A stretch of 64,000 nt of DNA from a phage, in sequence record PZ019085.1. One strand, given 5' to 3'. Shown here piece after piece: positions 28,528 through 39,589 of the stretch. Under the pieces are notes generated by a model. That model saw only the letters and a list, made by a program, of their open reading frames with translations. It made no database searches and was not told the DNA's origin. The translations under genes were made by a program, and so were the position numbers. How positions within the stretch are numbered: the stretch's first letter is position 1; every line of letters begins with the position of its first letter.

Positions 28528-28753
28528 CTATGAAATCCATCGTCATGAATTTAGTATTGGTGACGGTTATATTGGTATCGTTGAATGGACCGAGAATTAC
28601 GAGGAATCAACTCCTCGTTTCTTTGGAACAATGTATGTTACCTGTGAGTACGCACCAGGTGTTGTTATGTATGCAGAACTAGATGAATATTTTGCTGATA
28701 GAGATGACATGTTAAAATATGTAGAGGACTTCATTCGAAGAGAATACATATGA
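28499..28753 (+). CDS. Hypothetical protein
   Basis: ORF track. Confidence 0.45.
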   Translation: MRMRIMTKTDYEIHRHEFSIGDGYIGIVEWTENYEESTPRFFGTMYVTCEYAPGVVMYAELDEYFADRDDMLKYVEDFIRREYI

Positions 28754-30438
28754 AATCATTTAAATTAAATCGTGTTCGTTATCAAAATATCATGTCGGTA
28801 GGCGGGAATCCTATTGATATCCAATTAGATAAAGTCCAAAAGACATTAATCACTGGTAAAAATGGTGGTGGTAAATCTACGATGTTAGAAGCCATTACTT
28901 TCGGACTTTTCGGTAAACCATTTCGTGATGTTAAGAAAGGGCAAATCATTAATAGCACGAACAAGAAAGAGCTCTTAGTTGAGCTTTGGATGGAATTCGA
29001 TGGTAAAAAATACTTCATTAAACGCGGCCAAAAACCCAATATTTTCGAAATCTCCGTTGACGGTGTTCGTCTTGATGAATCTGCCAGCAGTCGTGACTTC
29101 CAAGAAGAATTTGAACGTAGCATCGGAATGTCATACGCGTCTTTTAAACAAATCGTTGTGCTTGGGACGGCAGGGTATACCCCTTTCATGGCTCTTAGCA
29201 CCCCTGCTCGTAGAAAACTTGTCGAAGACCTTTTAGAAGTCGGCACACTCGCTGAAATGGATAAAATCAATAAGTCTCAAGTTCGAGAACTTAATTCCCA
29301 GGGACAAGTTCTCGATGCCAAGAAAGACGGTGTTATCCAACAAATTAAGATTTATAACGAGAATATCGAACGTCAAAAGAAATTATCAGGTGATAATGTA
29401 GCGCGTCTACAGAATATGTATGACGACCTAGCCAAAGAAGCTCGTTCATTAAAAGCAGAAATTGAAGAAGCTAACGAGCGACTACTTAATATAGTTCTTG
29501 ACGAAGACCCTACTGAGGCGTTCAACAAGATCGGACAAGAAGCATTCTTGATTAAATCTAAAATCGACTCATATAACAAAGTTATTAAGATGTATCATGA
29601 TGGTGGTACATGTCCTACTTGTGCATCACAGTTGCACCAGGGTGATCCTATTGTCTCTAAGATTACCGATAAGCTTCATGAATGTAATCACTCATTCGAG
29701 CAACTTACATGTCACAGAGATAATCTGAGTGTCCTAGTGGACGAATATAGAGCTAATGTTAAGACTAAACAGGACCTTGCATCTGATATTCGTACCAAGA
29801 AACAAGCATTGATTGCCACTATTGATAAAGCTAAGAAAGTTAAAGCTGCAATAGAACAAGCCTCGGCGGAATTTATCGACCATGCCGATGAGATAGCTTT
29901 GCTTCAAAAAGAACTTGATAAAATCATTAAAACAAAATCGGATATCGTTCTTGAAAAATACCATCGTGGTATTATCACAGATATGCTAAAAGATTCTGGT
30001 ATTAAAGGTGCTATCATTAAAAAATATGTGCCTCTGTTCAACAAGCAGATTAACCATTATCTTAAAATCATGGAAGCTGATTACGTGTTTTCTATTGATG
30101 AAGAATTCAATGAATCTATAAAATCACGTGGTCGTGAAGATTTTAGTTATGCTTCATTTAGTCAAGGTGAAAAGGCACGTATCGATATCGCATTGTTGTT
30201 TACATGGCGAGATATTGCAGAAAAGGTCTCTGGTGTTAAAATCAATACATTAATTATGGACGAAGTCATGGATTCCGCGACTGATTCTGAAGGTATTAAA
30301 GCTATTTCAACAATTCTTAACTCTCTAACCGATGCAAACGTGTTTATAATTAGTCACAGAGACCATGACCCACAAGCTTATGGACAACATCTTCAAATGA
30401 GCAAAGTTGGACGATTTACGGTAATGACTGTTTCATAA
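28750..30438 (+). CDS. 46: Recombination ATPase gp46 (Rad50/SbcC-like)
   Basis: Walker A GKNGGGKST, coiled-coil middle, C-terminal ABC signature region. Confidence 0.9.
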   Translation: MKSFKLNRVRYQNIMSVGGNPIDIQLDKVQKTLITGKNGGGKSTMLEAITFGLFGKPFRDVKKGQIINSTNKKELLVELWMEFDGKKYFIKRGQKPNIFEISVDGVRLDESASSRDFQEEFERSIGMSYASFKQIVVLGTAGYTPFMALSTPARRKLVEDLLEVGTLAEMDKINKSQVRELNSQGQVLDAKKDGVIQQIKIYNENIERQKKLSGDNVARLQNMYDDLAKEARSLKAEIEEANERLLNIVLDEDPTEAFNKIGQEAFLIKSKIDSYNKVIKMYHDGGTCPTCASQLHQGDPIVSKITDKLHECNHSFEQLTCHRDNLSVLVDEYRANVKTKQDLASDIRTKKQALIATIDKAKKVKAAIEQASAEFIDHADEIALLQKELDKIIKTKSDIVLEKYHRGIITDMLKDSGIKGAIIKKYVPLFNKQINHYLKIMEADYVFSIDEEFNESIKSRGREDFSYASFSQGEKARIDIALLFTWRDIAEKVSGVKINTLIMDEVMDSATDSEGIKAISTILNSLTDANVFIISHRDHDPQAYGQHLQMSKVGRFTVMTVS

Positions 30439-30492
30439 ACGCTTTAACACGATGTGGTTATAATGACCACATCAAATTAAATGGAGAACAAC

Positions 30493-30681
30493 ATGGAGTA
30501 TTCAACTGGTCAACATCTTCTCGTTGTCCCTGAAATTAAAAAATATGTTTTGACCAATACGTTTTCAGGTGAAGAACATATTGTTACTGAACAAATGCTC
30601 AAATCTGCTTTTAAAGATGAGTATAATAAAATAATGTCTAATCGCAATTCCGCATGGACAGTTACCGACTTCTACGAATAA
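30493..30681 (+). CDS. Hypothetical small protein
   Basis: ATG 30493 after ggaga. Confidence 0.4.
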   Translation: MEYSTGQHLLVVPEIKKYVLTNTFSGEEHIVTEQMLKSAFKDEYNKIMSNRNSAWTVTDFYE

Positions 30682-30693
30682 GAGAGAAATAAT

Positions 30694-31110
30694 ATGTTTA
30701 CTACTGCTAAAGGTTTCACTGCTGCTGATCTGAAAGTTACTTCTATCCGTACTGACGCTAACCCACATAACCATAATCGTGTTCGTAAAGCATGGGTCCT
30801 GCATTGTGATGACGCAAGTGCTAAAAAACTCCAATCTTTGCCACAAGAAACTCGTTTTATGATTTATGGTTTTATTGATAATGATGTATCTGATATGTGG
30901 ATTCATCTGATGCGTAAGCACTATAAAGATTCTATTGAAGCCGGCGGAAAAATCGTTCTTGATAAAGATGGTTCTGAGCGTCTGGAAGATCTCTACTGTG
31001 TCGATGCCGACGAACAACTAATTGCAGCTGGCGAAATTGTTGCTTCTAAAATTCCAGAATATATTGAATCACTGCCTGAAGCTATTAAAAAGCAGATGGT
31101 TGCTGCATAA
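30694..31110 (+). CDS. Hypothetical protein (position of T4 rpbA, RNA-polymerase-binding protein)
   Basis: Position just upstream of gene 45; codon usage typical of a well-expressed gene; identity not verified. Confidence 0.4.
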   Translation: MFTTAKGFTAADLKVTSIRTDANPHNHNRVRKAWVLHCDDASAKKLQSLPQETRFMIYGFIDNDVSDMWIHLMRKHYKDSIEAGGKIVLDKDGSERLEDLYCVDADEQLIAAGEIVASKIPEYIESLPEAIKKQMVAA

Positions 31111-31152
31111 TAAATTTGTTATAAACTTTGAATTGTCTTGAAAGGAAATAAA

Positions 31153-31839
31153 ATGAAACTGTCTAAAGATACTATCGCTATTCTGAAAAACTTTGCCTCT
31201 ATTAACTCCGGCATTCTGCTGAGTCAAGGTAAATTTATTATGACTCGTGCTGTTAATGGCACCACTTATGCGGAAGCAAATATCTCTGATGAAATTGATT
31301 TTGACGTAGCACTTTATGATTTGAATAGCTTCTTAAGCATTTTGAGTCTAGTGTCTGATGATGCTGAAATTTCAATGCACACTGATGGCAATATTAAAAT
31401 TGCAGATACACGTTCCACAGTTTATTGGCCTGCCGCTGACAAGAGCACCATTGTTTTTCCTAATAAACCAATTCAATTCCCAGTGGCTTCTGTGATTACT
31501 GAAATTAAAGCTGAAGACCTTCAACAATTGCTTCGAGTTTCACGTGGTCTTCAGATTGATACAATTGCTATTACAAATAAAGATGGTAAAATTGTTATCA
31601 ATGGCTATAATAAAGTTGAAGATTCTGGACTAACTCGTCCTAAGTATTCTTTGACTCTTACCGATTATGATGGTTCTAACAACTTTAACTTCGTAATCAA
31701 TATGGCTAATATGAAAATCCAGCCAGGTAACTATAAAGTAATGTTGTGGGGAGCTGGTGATAAAGTTGCAGCCAAGTTTGAAAGCTCTCAAGTAAGTTAT
31801 GTTATTGCGATGGAAGCCGATTCTACTCACGACTTCTAA
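31153..31839 (+). CDS. 45: Sliding clamp gp45
   Basis: MKLSKDTIAILKNFASINSGILL... matches T4 gp45. Confidence 0.9.
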   Translation: MKLSKDTIAILKNFASINSGILLSQGKFIMTRAVNGTTYAEANISDEIDFDVALYDLNSFLSILSLVSDDAEISMHTDGNIKIADTRSTVYWPAADKSTIVFPNKPIQFPVASVITEIKAEDLQQLLRVSRGLQIDTIAITNKDGKIVINGYNKVEDSGLTRPKYSLTLTDYDGSNNFNFVINMANMKIQPGNYKVMLWGAGDKVAAKFESSQVSYVIAMEADSTHDF

Positions 31840-31914
31840 GTCAAAGCTTTACGTTTATTGTGATACGATTATGGAGGAGAAATCCTCCAGTTTAATGATA
31901 ATGAGGAAAATTAC

Positions 31915-32877
31915 ATGATTACTATCAATTCCAAAGAACACATTCTAGAACAGAAATATCGTCCTTCTTCCATTGACGAATGTATTCTGCCTGCGTATGA
32001 CCATGAAACATTCAAGTCTTTAGTATCTAAAGGAAAACTTCCTCATATTATTTTGCACTCTCCTTCTCCTGGTACAGGTAAAACAACCGTAGCAAAAGCA
32101 TTATGTAATGATATCAATGCCGAAATGATGTTCGTCAACGGTTCTGATTGTAAGATTGATTTTGTGCGTGGTCCGTTAACTGCATTCGCTCGTTCGGTCT
32201 CAATGGAAGGCAAGCCTAAAGTTATTGTTATTGATGAATTCGACCGTAGTGGCCTCGCCGAATCACAACGCCATCTTCGTACGTTTATGGAAGAATTCTC
32301 TAGTAACTGCTCTATTGTTATTACTGCTAACAACATCGATGGAATTATTGAACCATTACGTAGTCGTTGTCGAGTTATCGAATTCGGACGTCCAACCGAA
32401 GAAGATAAAATCTCGATGATGAAGAAAATGATTCATCGTATGGTTGAAATCTGTAAGAACGAAAATATCGAAATCGCTGATATGAAAGTTGTTGCAGCTC
32501 TGGTTAAAAAGAACTTCCCGGACTTTCGTCGTACAATTGGCCAATTAGATCAGTACTCGTCTAAAGGTGTTCTTGATGCGGGTATTTTGTCTATCGTAAC
32601 TAATGACCGTGGCACAGTCTCTGATGTTATCGAAGCAATGAAGAACAAAGATATTAAACAGCTTCGTGCATTAGCTCCAAAATATGCCGCAGATTATTCA
32701 TGGTTCATCGATAAATTAGTTTCAGAATGTTATGACCAAGTTGCACCTGGTAAAAGTATTATTTCGCTTTATGAAATTGCAGGCGAAAATAATAAGTTTC
32801 ATGGATTAGCAAGTAATATTGAATTACATGTTATGTATATGCTTCTTCAACTGACCTGCGAACTGACTTGGAAATAA
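31915..32877 (+). CDS. 44: Clamp loader large subunit gp44
   Basis: AAA+ Walker [10 protein letters not shown], Walker B VIVIDEFD. Confidence 0.9.
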   Translation: MITINSKEHILEQKYRPSSIDECILPAYDHETFKSLVSKGKLPHIILHSPSPGTGKTTVAKALCNDINAEMMFVNGSDCKIDFVRGPLTAFARSVSMEGKPKVIVIDEFDRSGLAESQRHLRTFMEEFSSNCSIVITANNIDGIIEPLRSRCRVIEFGRPTEEDKISMMKKMIHRMVEICKNENIEIADMKVVAALVKKNFPDFRRTIGQLDQYSSKGVLDAGILSIVTNDRGTVSDVIEAMKNKDIKQLRALAPKYAADYSWFIDKLVSECYDQVAPGKSIISLYEIAGENNKFHGLASNIELHVMYMLLQLTCELTWK

Positions 32878-32878
32878 T

Positions 32879-33442
32879 ATGAACTTATTTGATGATGACG
32901 TCCAGCTTAACGAGCACCAAATTGCATGGAAGTCTAATGACGCTGATGCGATTCAAAAATGTGCTGATATGTTTAAAGAAAAACCTGAGAATGAATTCTT
33001 TAAAATCATTAATGCTATTAATGAAAAGAAATCTATGTCAATTGCTCAGGTCGACTACTCAAAATTTATGGTTGAGAACTCATTATCCCAGTTCCCAGAA
33101 TGTATGCCAGCTGTTTACATGATGAACTTAGTCGGTTCTGAATTAAGCGATGAAGCGCACTTCAACTATATGATGGCGGCAATTCCGCGTGGTCGTCGAT
33201 TCTCTAAATGGGCTAAACTAGTCGAAGACACTTCAGAGTTACTAGTTATCAAACTGTTGATGAAACGTTACACAATCAACATGAATGATGCTACTGAGTA
33301 TAAGCGGCTCCTTGAAAAAAATAACAAGTTGCCAATAGTCCTTAAAGAACTGAAGGCCATGGTCACTGATGAATTTCTCAAAGAAGTTACCAAAAACGTG
33401 AAAGAACAAAAACAATTTAAAAAATTAGCATTGGAATGGTAA
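32879..33442 (+). CDS. 62: Clamp loader small subunit gp62
   Basis: Position between 44 and regA; size. Confidence 0.8.
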   Translation: MNLFDDDVQLNEHQIAWKSNDADAIQKCADMFKEKPENEFFKIINAINEKKSMSIAQVDYSKFMVENSLSQFPECMPAVYMMNLVGSELSDEAHFNYMMAAIPRGRRFSKWAKLVEDTSELLVIKLLMKRYTINMNDATEYKRLLEKNNKLPIVLKELKAMVTDEFLKEVTKNVKEQKQFKKLALEW

Positions 33443-33444
33443 AA

Positions 33445-33813
33445 ATGATTGAAATTAAATTGAAGAACCCTGAAGATTTTCTGAAAGTCAAAGAGACTTT
33501 GACCCGTATGGGCATCGCTAACAACAAGGATAAAGTCCTTTACCAGTCTTGTCATATCCTCCAAAAGCAAGGTAAGTACTATATCGTCCACTTTAAAGAA
33601 ATGCTGCGTATGGACGGACGTCAGGTTGATATTGATGGTGAAGACTATCAGCGACGTGATTCGATTGCTCAGTTGCTTGAAGACTGGGGCTTGATTGTTA
33701 TTGAAGACTCTGCTCGTGAAGATCTATTTAGCCTGACTAATAACTTCCGAGTTATCTCTTTTAAACAGAAAGATGACTGGACTTTGAAAGCAAAATATAC
33801 AATTGGTAATTAA
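33445..33813 (+). CDS. regA: Translational repressor RegA
   Basis: MIEIKLKNPEDFLKVKETLTRMGIANNKDKVLYQSCHILQKQG... matches T4 RegA. Confidence 0.9.
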   Translation: MIEIKLKNPEDFLKVKETLTRMGIANNKDKVLYQSCHILQKQGKYYIVHFKEMLRMDGRQVDIDGEDYQRRDSIAQLLEDWGLIVIEDSAREDLFSLTNNFRVISFKQKDDWTLKAKYTIGN

Positions 33814-33816
33814 AGC

Positions 33817-33836
33817 AATGGGACTTCGGTCCCATT
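33817..33836 (+). promoter_or_regulatory. Stable UUCG-loop hairpin between regA and gene 43
   Basis: aatgggac-ttcg-gtcccatt; no strong U-tract; could be an attenuator, processing site or part of the gp43 operator. Confidence 0.35.
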
Positions 33837-33894
33837 TGGAGTATAATAAGTTCATCAACAAACAAAAGACAATAACTCGTCTAAAGGAAATTAA

Positions 33895-36606
33895 ATGAAA
33901 GAATTTTACTTAACGGTTGAACAGATTGGTGATTCAATTTTTGAACGTTACATCGATTCTAACGGCCGTGAACGTACTCGTGAAGTAGAATATAAACCAT
34001 CACTGTTTGCTCATTGTCCAGAAAGTCAGGCTACGAAATATTTCGATATCTACGGTAAGCCGTGTACTCGTAAGTTGTTCGCTAATATGCGTGATGCCTC
34101 CCAATGGATTAAACGCATGGAAGATATCGGACTTGAAGCACTTGGCATGGACGATTTCAAATTGGCGTATTTGTCTGACACTTATAACTATGAAATCAAA
34201 TACGACCATACAAAAATTCGTGTGGCCAACTTCGACATCGAAGTAACATCTCCTGACGGGTTCCCTGAGCCGTCACAAGCAAAACATCCGATTGATGCTA
34301 TCACCCATTATGACTCAATTGACGACAGGTTCTACGTATTTGATCTATTGAATTCTCCATATGGTAATGTGGAAGAATGGTCTATTGAAATCGCTGCTAA
34401 GCTTCAAGAACAAGGTGGTGATGAAGTTCCATCTGAAATTATCGATAAAATCATTTATATGCCATTCGATAATGAAAAAGAATTGTTGATGGAATATCTC
34501 AACTTCTGGCAACAGAAAACTCCTGTCATTTTGACTGGATGGAACGTTGAGTCATTTGATATTCCATATGTGTATAACCGAATCAAGAATATTTTTGGCG
34601 AATCTACTGCGAAACGTTTATCACCACATCGTAAAACTCGTGTTAAAGTTATCGAAAACATGTATGGTTCTCGTGAAATCATCACATTGTTTGGTATCTC
34701 TGTTCTTGATTATATTGACCTTTACAAAAAATTCTCTTTCACGAACCAACCGTCATATTCTCTGGATTACATTTCAGAATTTGAATTGAACGTTGGTAAA
34801 CTGAAATATGACGGCCCTATTTCTAAGCTTCGTGAAAGCAATCACCAACGATATATTTCTTATAACATCATCGACGTATATCGTGTATTGCAAATTGACG
34901 CTAAACGCCAGTTCATTAACTTGAGTTTGGACATGGGTTATTATGCTAAAATTCAGATTCAATCTGTGTTCAGTCCAATTAAAACTTGGGATGCTATTAT
35001 TTTTAATAGCCTTAAAGAACAAAACAAGGTGATTCCACAAGGTCGTTCTCACCCGGTTCAACCTTATCCTGGCGCTTTTGTTAAGGAACCTATTCCAAAT
35101 CGATACAAATATGTGATGAGCTTCGACCTCACATCTCTGTATCCAAGTATTATTCGCCAAGTGAATATTAGCCCAGAAACAATAGCAGGAACGTTTAAAG
35201 TAGCTCCATTGCATGATTATATTAACGCTGTTGCTGAACGTCCTTCTGATGTGTACAGTTGCTCTCCTAACGGCATGATGTATTATAAAGACCGTGATGG
35301 TGTAGTTCCAACTGAAATCACTAAAGTCTTTAATCAACGTAAAGAACATAAAGGTTATATGCTTGCAGCTCAACGTAATGGTGAAATAATTAAAGAGGCG
35401 TTGCATAATCCTAATCTTTCTGTTGATGAACCATTAGACGTTGATTATCGTTTTGACTTCACTGACGAGATTAAAGAAAAGATTAAAAAGTTGTCTGCTA
35501 AATCTCTTAATGAAATGTTGTTTAGAGCTCAACGTACTGAAGTTGCAGGTATGACTGCACAAATTAACCGTAAATTGCTTATCAACTCACTTTATGGTGC
35601 ACTTGGCAACGTTTGGTTCCGTTATTATGATTTACGTAATGCTACTGCAATCACAACATTCGGGCAAATGGCTTTACAGTGGATTGAACGTAAAGTTAAT
35701 GAATATCTGAATGAAGTTTGTGGTACAGAAGGCGAAGCTTTCGTTCTATATGGTGATACAGACTCCATTTACGTATCTGCTGATAAAATTATTGATAAGG
35801 TTGGTGAATCTAAATTCCGTGATACCAACCATTGGGTAGACTTCTTAGATAAGTTTGCACGTGAACGTATGGAACCAGCTATTGATAGAGGTTTCCGTGA
35901 AATGTGTGAATACATGAACAATAAACAACACTTAATGTTCATGGACCGAGAAGCTATCGCTGGACCTCCGCTTGGTTCTAAAGGTATTGGCGGATTTTGG
36001 ACAGGTAAGAAACGTTATGCATTAAACGTGTGGGATATGGAAGGAACCAGATACGCTGAACCTAAGCTTAAAATCATGGGTCTCGAAACACAGAAATCTT
36101 CGACCCCTAAAGCAGTACAGAAAGCTCTTAAAGAATGTATTCGTCGTATGCTTCAAGAAGGTGAAGAATCGTTACAAGAATATTTTAAAGAGTTTGAAAA
36201 AGAATTCCGTCAATTGAATTATATTAGCATCGCGTCGGTATCTTCTGCTAATAACATCGCTAAATATGATGTTGGTGGATTCCCTGGTCCTAAATGCCCG
36301 TTCCATATTCGTGGAATTCTAACGTATAACCGGGCTATCAAAGGTAATATCGATGCACCACAAGTTGTAGAAGGTGAAAAAGTATATGTTCTGCCTTTAC
36401 GTGAAGGAAACCCATTCGGTGATAAATGTATCGCATGGCCTTCTGGCACTGAAATCACAGATTTAATTAAAGACGACGTACTTCATTGGATGGACTACAC
36501 TGTTCTCCTTGAGAAGACATTTATTAAACCACTTGAAGGATTCACATCAGCAGCGAAACTCGATTACGAGAAGAAAGCATCTCTGTTCGATATGTTCGAT
36601 TTTTGA
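33895..36606 (+). CDS. 43: DNA polymerase gp43 (family B)
   Basis: 903 aa; exonuclease motifs FDIE and YNIIDV, polymerase motifs DLTSLYPSI and YGDTDS; N-terminus MKEFYLTVEQIGDSIFERYIDSNGRERTREV recalled as RB69-type gp43. Confidence 0.97.
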   Translation: MKEFYLTVEQIGDSIFERYIDSNGRERTREVEYKPSLFAHCPESQATKYFDIYGKPCTRKLFANMRDASQWIKRMEDIGLEALGMDDFKLAYLSDTYNYEIKYDHTKIRVANFDIEVTSPDGFPEPSQAKHPIDAITHYDSIDDRFYVFDLLNSPYGNVEEWSIEIAAKLQEQGGDEVPSEIIDKIIYMPFDNEKELLMEYLNFWQQKTPVILTGWNVESFDIPYVYNRIKNIFGESTAKRLSPHRKTRVKVIENMYGSREIITLFGISVLDYIDLYKKFSFTNQPSYSLDYISEFELNVGKLKYDGPISKLRESNHQRYISYNIIDVYRVLQIDAKRQFINLSLDMGYYAKIQIQSVFSPIKTWDAIIFNSLKEQNKVIPQGRSHPVQPYPGAFVKEPIPNRYKYVMSFDLTSLYPSIIRQVNISPETIAGTFKVAPLHDYINAVAERPSDVYSCSPNGMMYYKDRDGVVPTEITKVFNQRKEHKGYMLAAQRNGEIIKEALHNPNLSVDEPLDVDYRFDFTDEIKEKIKKLSAKSLNEMLFRAQRTEVAGMTAQINRKLLINSLYGALGNVWFRYYDLRNATAITTFGQMALQWIERKVNEYLNEVCGTEGEAFVLYGDTDSIYVSADKIIDKVGESKFRDTNHWVDFLDKFARERMEPAIDRGFREMCEYMNNKQHLMFMDREAIAGPPLGSKGIGGFWTGKKRYALNVWDMEGTRYAEPKLKIMGLETQKSSTPKAVQKALKECIRRMLQEGEESLQEYFKEFEKEFRQLNYISIASVSSANNIAKYDVGGFPGPKCPFHIRGILTYNRAIKGNIDAPQVVEGEKVYVLPLREGNPFGDKCIAWPSGTEITDLIKDDVLHWMDYTVLLEKTFIKPLEGFTSAAKLDYEKKASLFDMFDF

Positions 36607-36646
36607 TATAATGCCAAGGACGGCCAACTAATTAAATGAGAGAAAT

Positions 36647-37282
36647 ATGAAAACTACACCAATCACTATCGCTATTGACGCAATCGTAAAACAAGCTTCA
36701 TCTCTTGCCACTATGGCTAAAGTAATTAGTCAAAACCCTGCCCGATATAATGCTATTCTTGAAACTCTTCGTCGCCCTGGACTGAGTAATTATGAAAGCC
36801 GAGTAATTATTACAGGTGTTGGTAAGAATGCTAATATTGCAACTAAAGCTTCTGAGACATTTGCTTCATTAGGTATTCCTAGCATGTATTTGAACACTGG
36901 GCATTATTCTCATGGTGACGCAGGATTTATTGCACCTAATGATGTATTAGTTCACATCAGTCGTTCTGGTAAGACTGAAGAAATGATAGGTGTTGCTAAA
37001 CATCTTCGTATGATTCGTCCTCAGGTTAAACAGATTCTGTTACATTGTAACCCTGACATTCCACAAGAATACGAAGCTCTTTTTGATTATACGTTCTGTA
37101 CCGGTATCGCGGTAGAAGTTGACGAGAACTCTTTAGCTCCGACGATGTCTACTACATTGTTGTTAGCGCTTATCGATACGTTCGCTATCAACCTTTCATC
37201 TGAACGTGGATTTACCTCTAATGATTTCCTTAAGTTCCATCCAGGCGGTGCACTAGGTGCCATGTTACGAGGCGAGCAATGA
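36647..37282 (+). CDS. SIS-domain sugar-phosphate isomerase (KdsD/GutQ/GmhA-like)
   Basis: ITGVGKNANIATKASETFASLGIPSMYLNTG...HGD...VLVHISRSGKTEEM matches the SIS-domain pattern of arabinose-5-phosphate or phosphoheptose isomerases; no CBS domain. Confidence 0.8.
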   Translation: MKTTPITIAIDAIVKQASSLATMAKVISQNPARYNAILETLRRPGLSNYESRVIITGVGKNANIATKASETFASLGIPSMYLNTGHYSHGDAGFIAPNDVLVHISRSGKTEEMIGVAKHLRMIRPQVKQILLHCNPDIPQEYEALFDYTFCTGIAVEVDENSLAPTMSTTLLLALIDTFAINLSSERGFTSNDFLKFHPGGALGAMLRGEQ

Positions 37283-37422
37283 AAGCAATAACAATAGGAC
37301 TTTTACTATTGATGCTTGTCATGACTATCTATTGGAGCTTAACGGCTCCAGTAATGATTCCAACACTTGTAATTGGATGGATTATGATTGGACTACAAGC
37401 AAAGTATGAATGCTTTAACTAG
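37279..37422 (+). CDS. Possible 47-aa two-TM membrane peptide
   Basis: MKAITIGLLLLMLVMTIYWSLTAPVMIPTLVIGWIMIGLQAKYECFN; ATGA-type overlap with the SIS gene stop. Confidence 0.3.
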   Translation: MKAITIGLLLLMLVMTIYWSLTAPVMIPTLVIGWIMIGLQAKYECFN

Positions 37423-37463
37423 AATAGTGTACAATACTCCTACTTACCAATGAGGACCACAAC

Positions 37464-39149
37464 ATGAAAAAAGCTGTTATTCTTGGTGCTGGACTGGCAA
37501 CTCGTTTGTATCCAATAACGCATCATATTCCTAAGGTGCTTGTTAACTATAAACAAGACACTATTCTGAGCAATTTGTATACAATTTATTCTGACCTTGG
37601 CGCAGATGAAATTATTGTAGTAGTTCATTCAAAATTTGCTGAAACTGTTCGAGCTTATTGTGAGCAAGAAGGGTTCAATGTGACTATTCGTACAGTTGAT
37701 GAAGCATACGGATCTGCTTATGCTCTTGCTAAATTACACAAAGATTTAGACGGCCATAATGTAATTGTTAACTGGTGCGATATTATTCCTGATTTTGGTT
37801 CATGGTCTTGGAATGTTAACGCAATCTATGTTAAGGGTGACGAATGTCGGTATAATTTCGACGGTGAAAATATCACTAACGTAGGTTCAACAGGTGGTAA
37901 TGTTGTAGGAATTTATCAGTTCAAAGACTGGGAATTCTATATGGGTTCTACCGATGAGGAAATTCATGAATACTGCAAAGGACGTGATTTCGTAGAATTC
38001 CTTTACAGCGGCGCATTCAATAAATCAGAGCTTATGAATATAATTGATTTAGGTGATATGCCTAAACTTGAAAAAGCTCATGAAGTTCGTGAACTTAATC
38101 GTAGTTTTAATGCAGTTGAAATTGGTGAAGAAACTGTAACTAAATTCGCATTAACCGAACAGGGCCGAGCTCTTCAGAAAGATGAGATTTCATGGTATCT
38201 TAAAGTGAAATCAGATTCAGTTCCTCAGTTAGTTTCTGTTAATGAAAATAACTTTGAAATGGAACGCATTAAAGGTAAGCCGGCATTTGAATATATTAAA
38301 TCCAAATCAAGTCTTGCTCGTCCACAAATTGTTGATGCAATTTTAGATGCACTGAAATTCAGCACAGACACTTATTTTGTAAGTCCTGAAACTGTTCGTC
38401 GTGATTTCACTAAAGAATTCTATACGAAAGTTATTGATCGTTGTGAAAGTATTCAACCATTGATTGATTCATTTGGTAAAATCACACATGTGAACTACAC
38501 TAAGATTGGACGTCTGAAGCCAATGCTGAAACAAGCTTTAGAACACCTTATTCGTTATCATAACCGTTCTCAGGGACAGTACTCTGTTATTCATGGTGAC
38601 CCTAACTTCAGTAATACTATGATTACTGATAACGGCGAAGTCAAGTTTATCGACCCTCGTGGATATTTTGGTGAAACCAAGATTTACGGGCCAAAATTGT
38701 ATGACGAAGCTAAAGTGCTTTATGCTGTTTCAGGTTATGATGAATTCAATGCTAATCCGACCTGGGGACAGTTTACTATTGATGAAACAACTTGTAATGT
38801 GACTATTAACATCAATCCATTAATTTACAAATATGGAAAGATGAGTTCGTTTAACGAGTATCATCATTTGGCGGTGGCAATTATCTGGATTGCATTGGGT
38901 GGTTATTTCAAGAATAATCCACTTAAAGCGGTAGCCGCATATTATAAAGGTATGGAACTTCTGACTAAGCAATTACGTAACATGGGCCGTGTACTTCAGG
39001 ACGGCTCTATTAGTTATGACGTAGCAGAACCTGTAACGGCTACTCTGATTACAAAAAATCCTGGTAAATGGGTACTAACTGATAAAGAAACTGGTGTTTC
39101 TTATCGTCCAATCGGTGGCGATATCACTCATCAATGGGAACGAATCTAA
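37464..39149 (+). CDS. Bifunctional sugar-1-phosphate nucleotidylyltransferase / APH-like sugar kinase
   Basis: N-terminal ILGAGLATRL (RmlA/GlmU-type NTP-transferase G-x-G-T-R motif); C-terminal HGDPNFSNTMI ... FIDPRG (phosphotransferase/choline-kinase-like catalytic loop). Confidence 0.75.
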   Translation: MKKAVILGAGLATRLYPITHHIPKVLVNYKQDTILSNLYTIYSDLGADEIIVVVHSKFAETVRAYCEQEGFNVTIRTVDEAYGSAYALAKLHKDLDGHNVIVNWCDIIPDFGSWSWNVNAIYVKGDECRYNFDGENITNVGSTGGNVVGIYQFKDWEFYMGSTDEEIHEYCKGRDFVEFLYSGAFNKSELMNIIDLGDMPKLEKAHEVRELNRSFNAVEIGEETVTKFALTEQGRALQKDEISWYLKVKSDSVPQLVSVNENNFEMERIKGKPAFEYIKSKSSLARPQIVDAILDALKFSTDTYFVSPETVRRDFTKEFYTKVIDRCESIQPLIDSFGKITHVNYTKIGRLKPMLKQALEHLIRYHNRSQGQYSVIHGDPNFSNTMITDNGEVKFIDPRGYFGETKIYGPKLYDEAKVLYAVSGYDEFNANPTWGQFTIDETTCNVTININPLIYKYGKMSSFNEYHHLAVAIIWIALGGYFKNNPLKAVAAYYKGMELLTKQLRNMGRVLQDGSISYDVAEPVTATLITKNPGKWVLTDKETGVSYRPIGGDITHQWERI

Positions 39150-39535
39150 TGCATCGTGTAGAAAACATGCTTAATCTTTGTTTTGATGTCGACGATTGTA
39201 TAACAGAGTGGAATAACAATCGTGATTACGTGAACTTCAAGCCAGACGTCGAAATGGTGTCTGCCATTAATGCCCTGTATGATGCAGGGCATACCATAAC
39301 GCTTTACACTGCTCGTGGTATGAAGTCAGTAGGTCCTGGTCGTATAGCAATTGACATTCTCCCAAGTCTGATTCAGAACTTGGCAAACATTGGCTTGAAG
39401 TACCATAATTTGCTAACACATAAACCAGTATATGATTGGATTATCGACGACAAAGCTATGCGTCCCGACGAATTCAAAGCTCTTATGAATAAAGGCGAAT
39501 TCGAAACATTTAAATCATATAAACCGAATCTATAA
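39149..39535 (+). CDS. HAD-superfamily phosphatase-like protein
   Basis: FDVDDCIT near the N-terminus, TARG, WIIDDKA; size typical of KdsC/GmhB-type small HAD phosphatases. Confidence 0.55.
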   Translation: MHRVENMLNLCFDVDDCITEWNNNRDYVNFKPDVEMVSAINALYDAGHTITLYTARGMKSVGPGRIAIDILPSLIQNLANIGLKYHNLLTHKPVYDWIIDDKAMRPDEFKALMNKGEFETFKSYKPNL

Positions 39536-39589
39536 TAATTTAAGTAAGACCTGCAAAAACCATCGCATAAATTAACGCGAGATGCAAAA

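Noticed and set aside
34774-35406. 210-aa minus-strand ORF inside the DNA polymerase gene
   Set aside because: It lies entirely antisense to a confidently identified, highly conserved gene and has low-complexity composition; likely a chance ORF in AT-rich sequence. The same applies to the other minus-strand track ORFs (881-1222, 1378-1722, 2445-2807, 12431-12787 and others).
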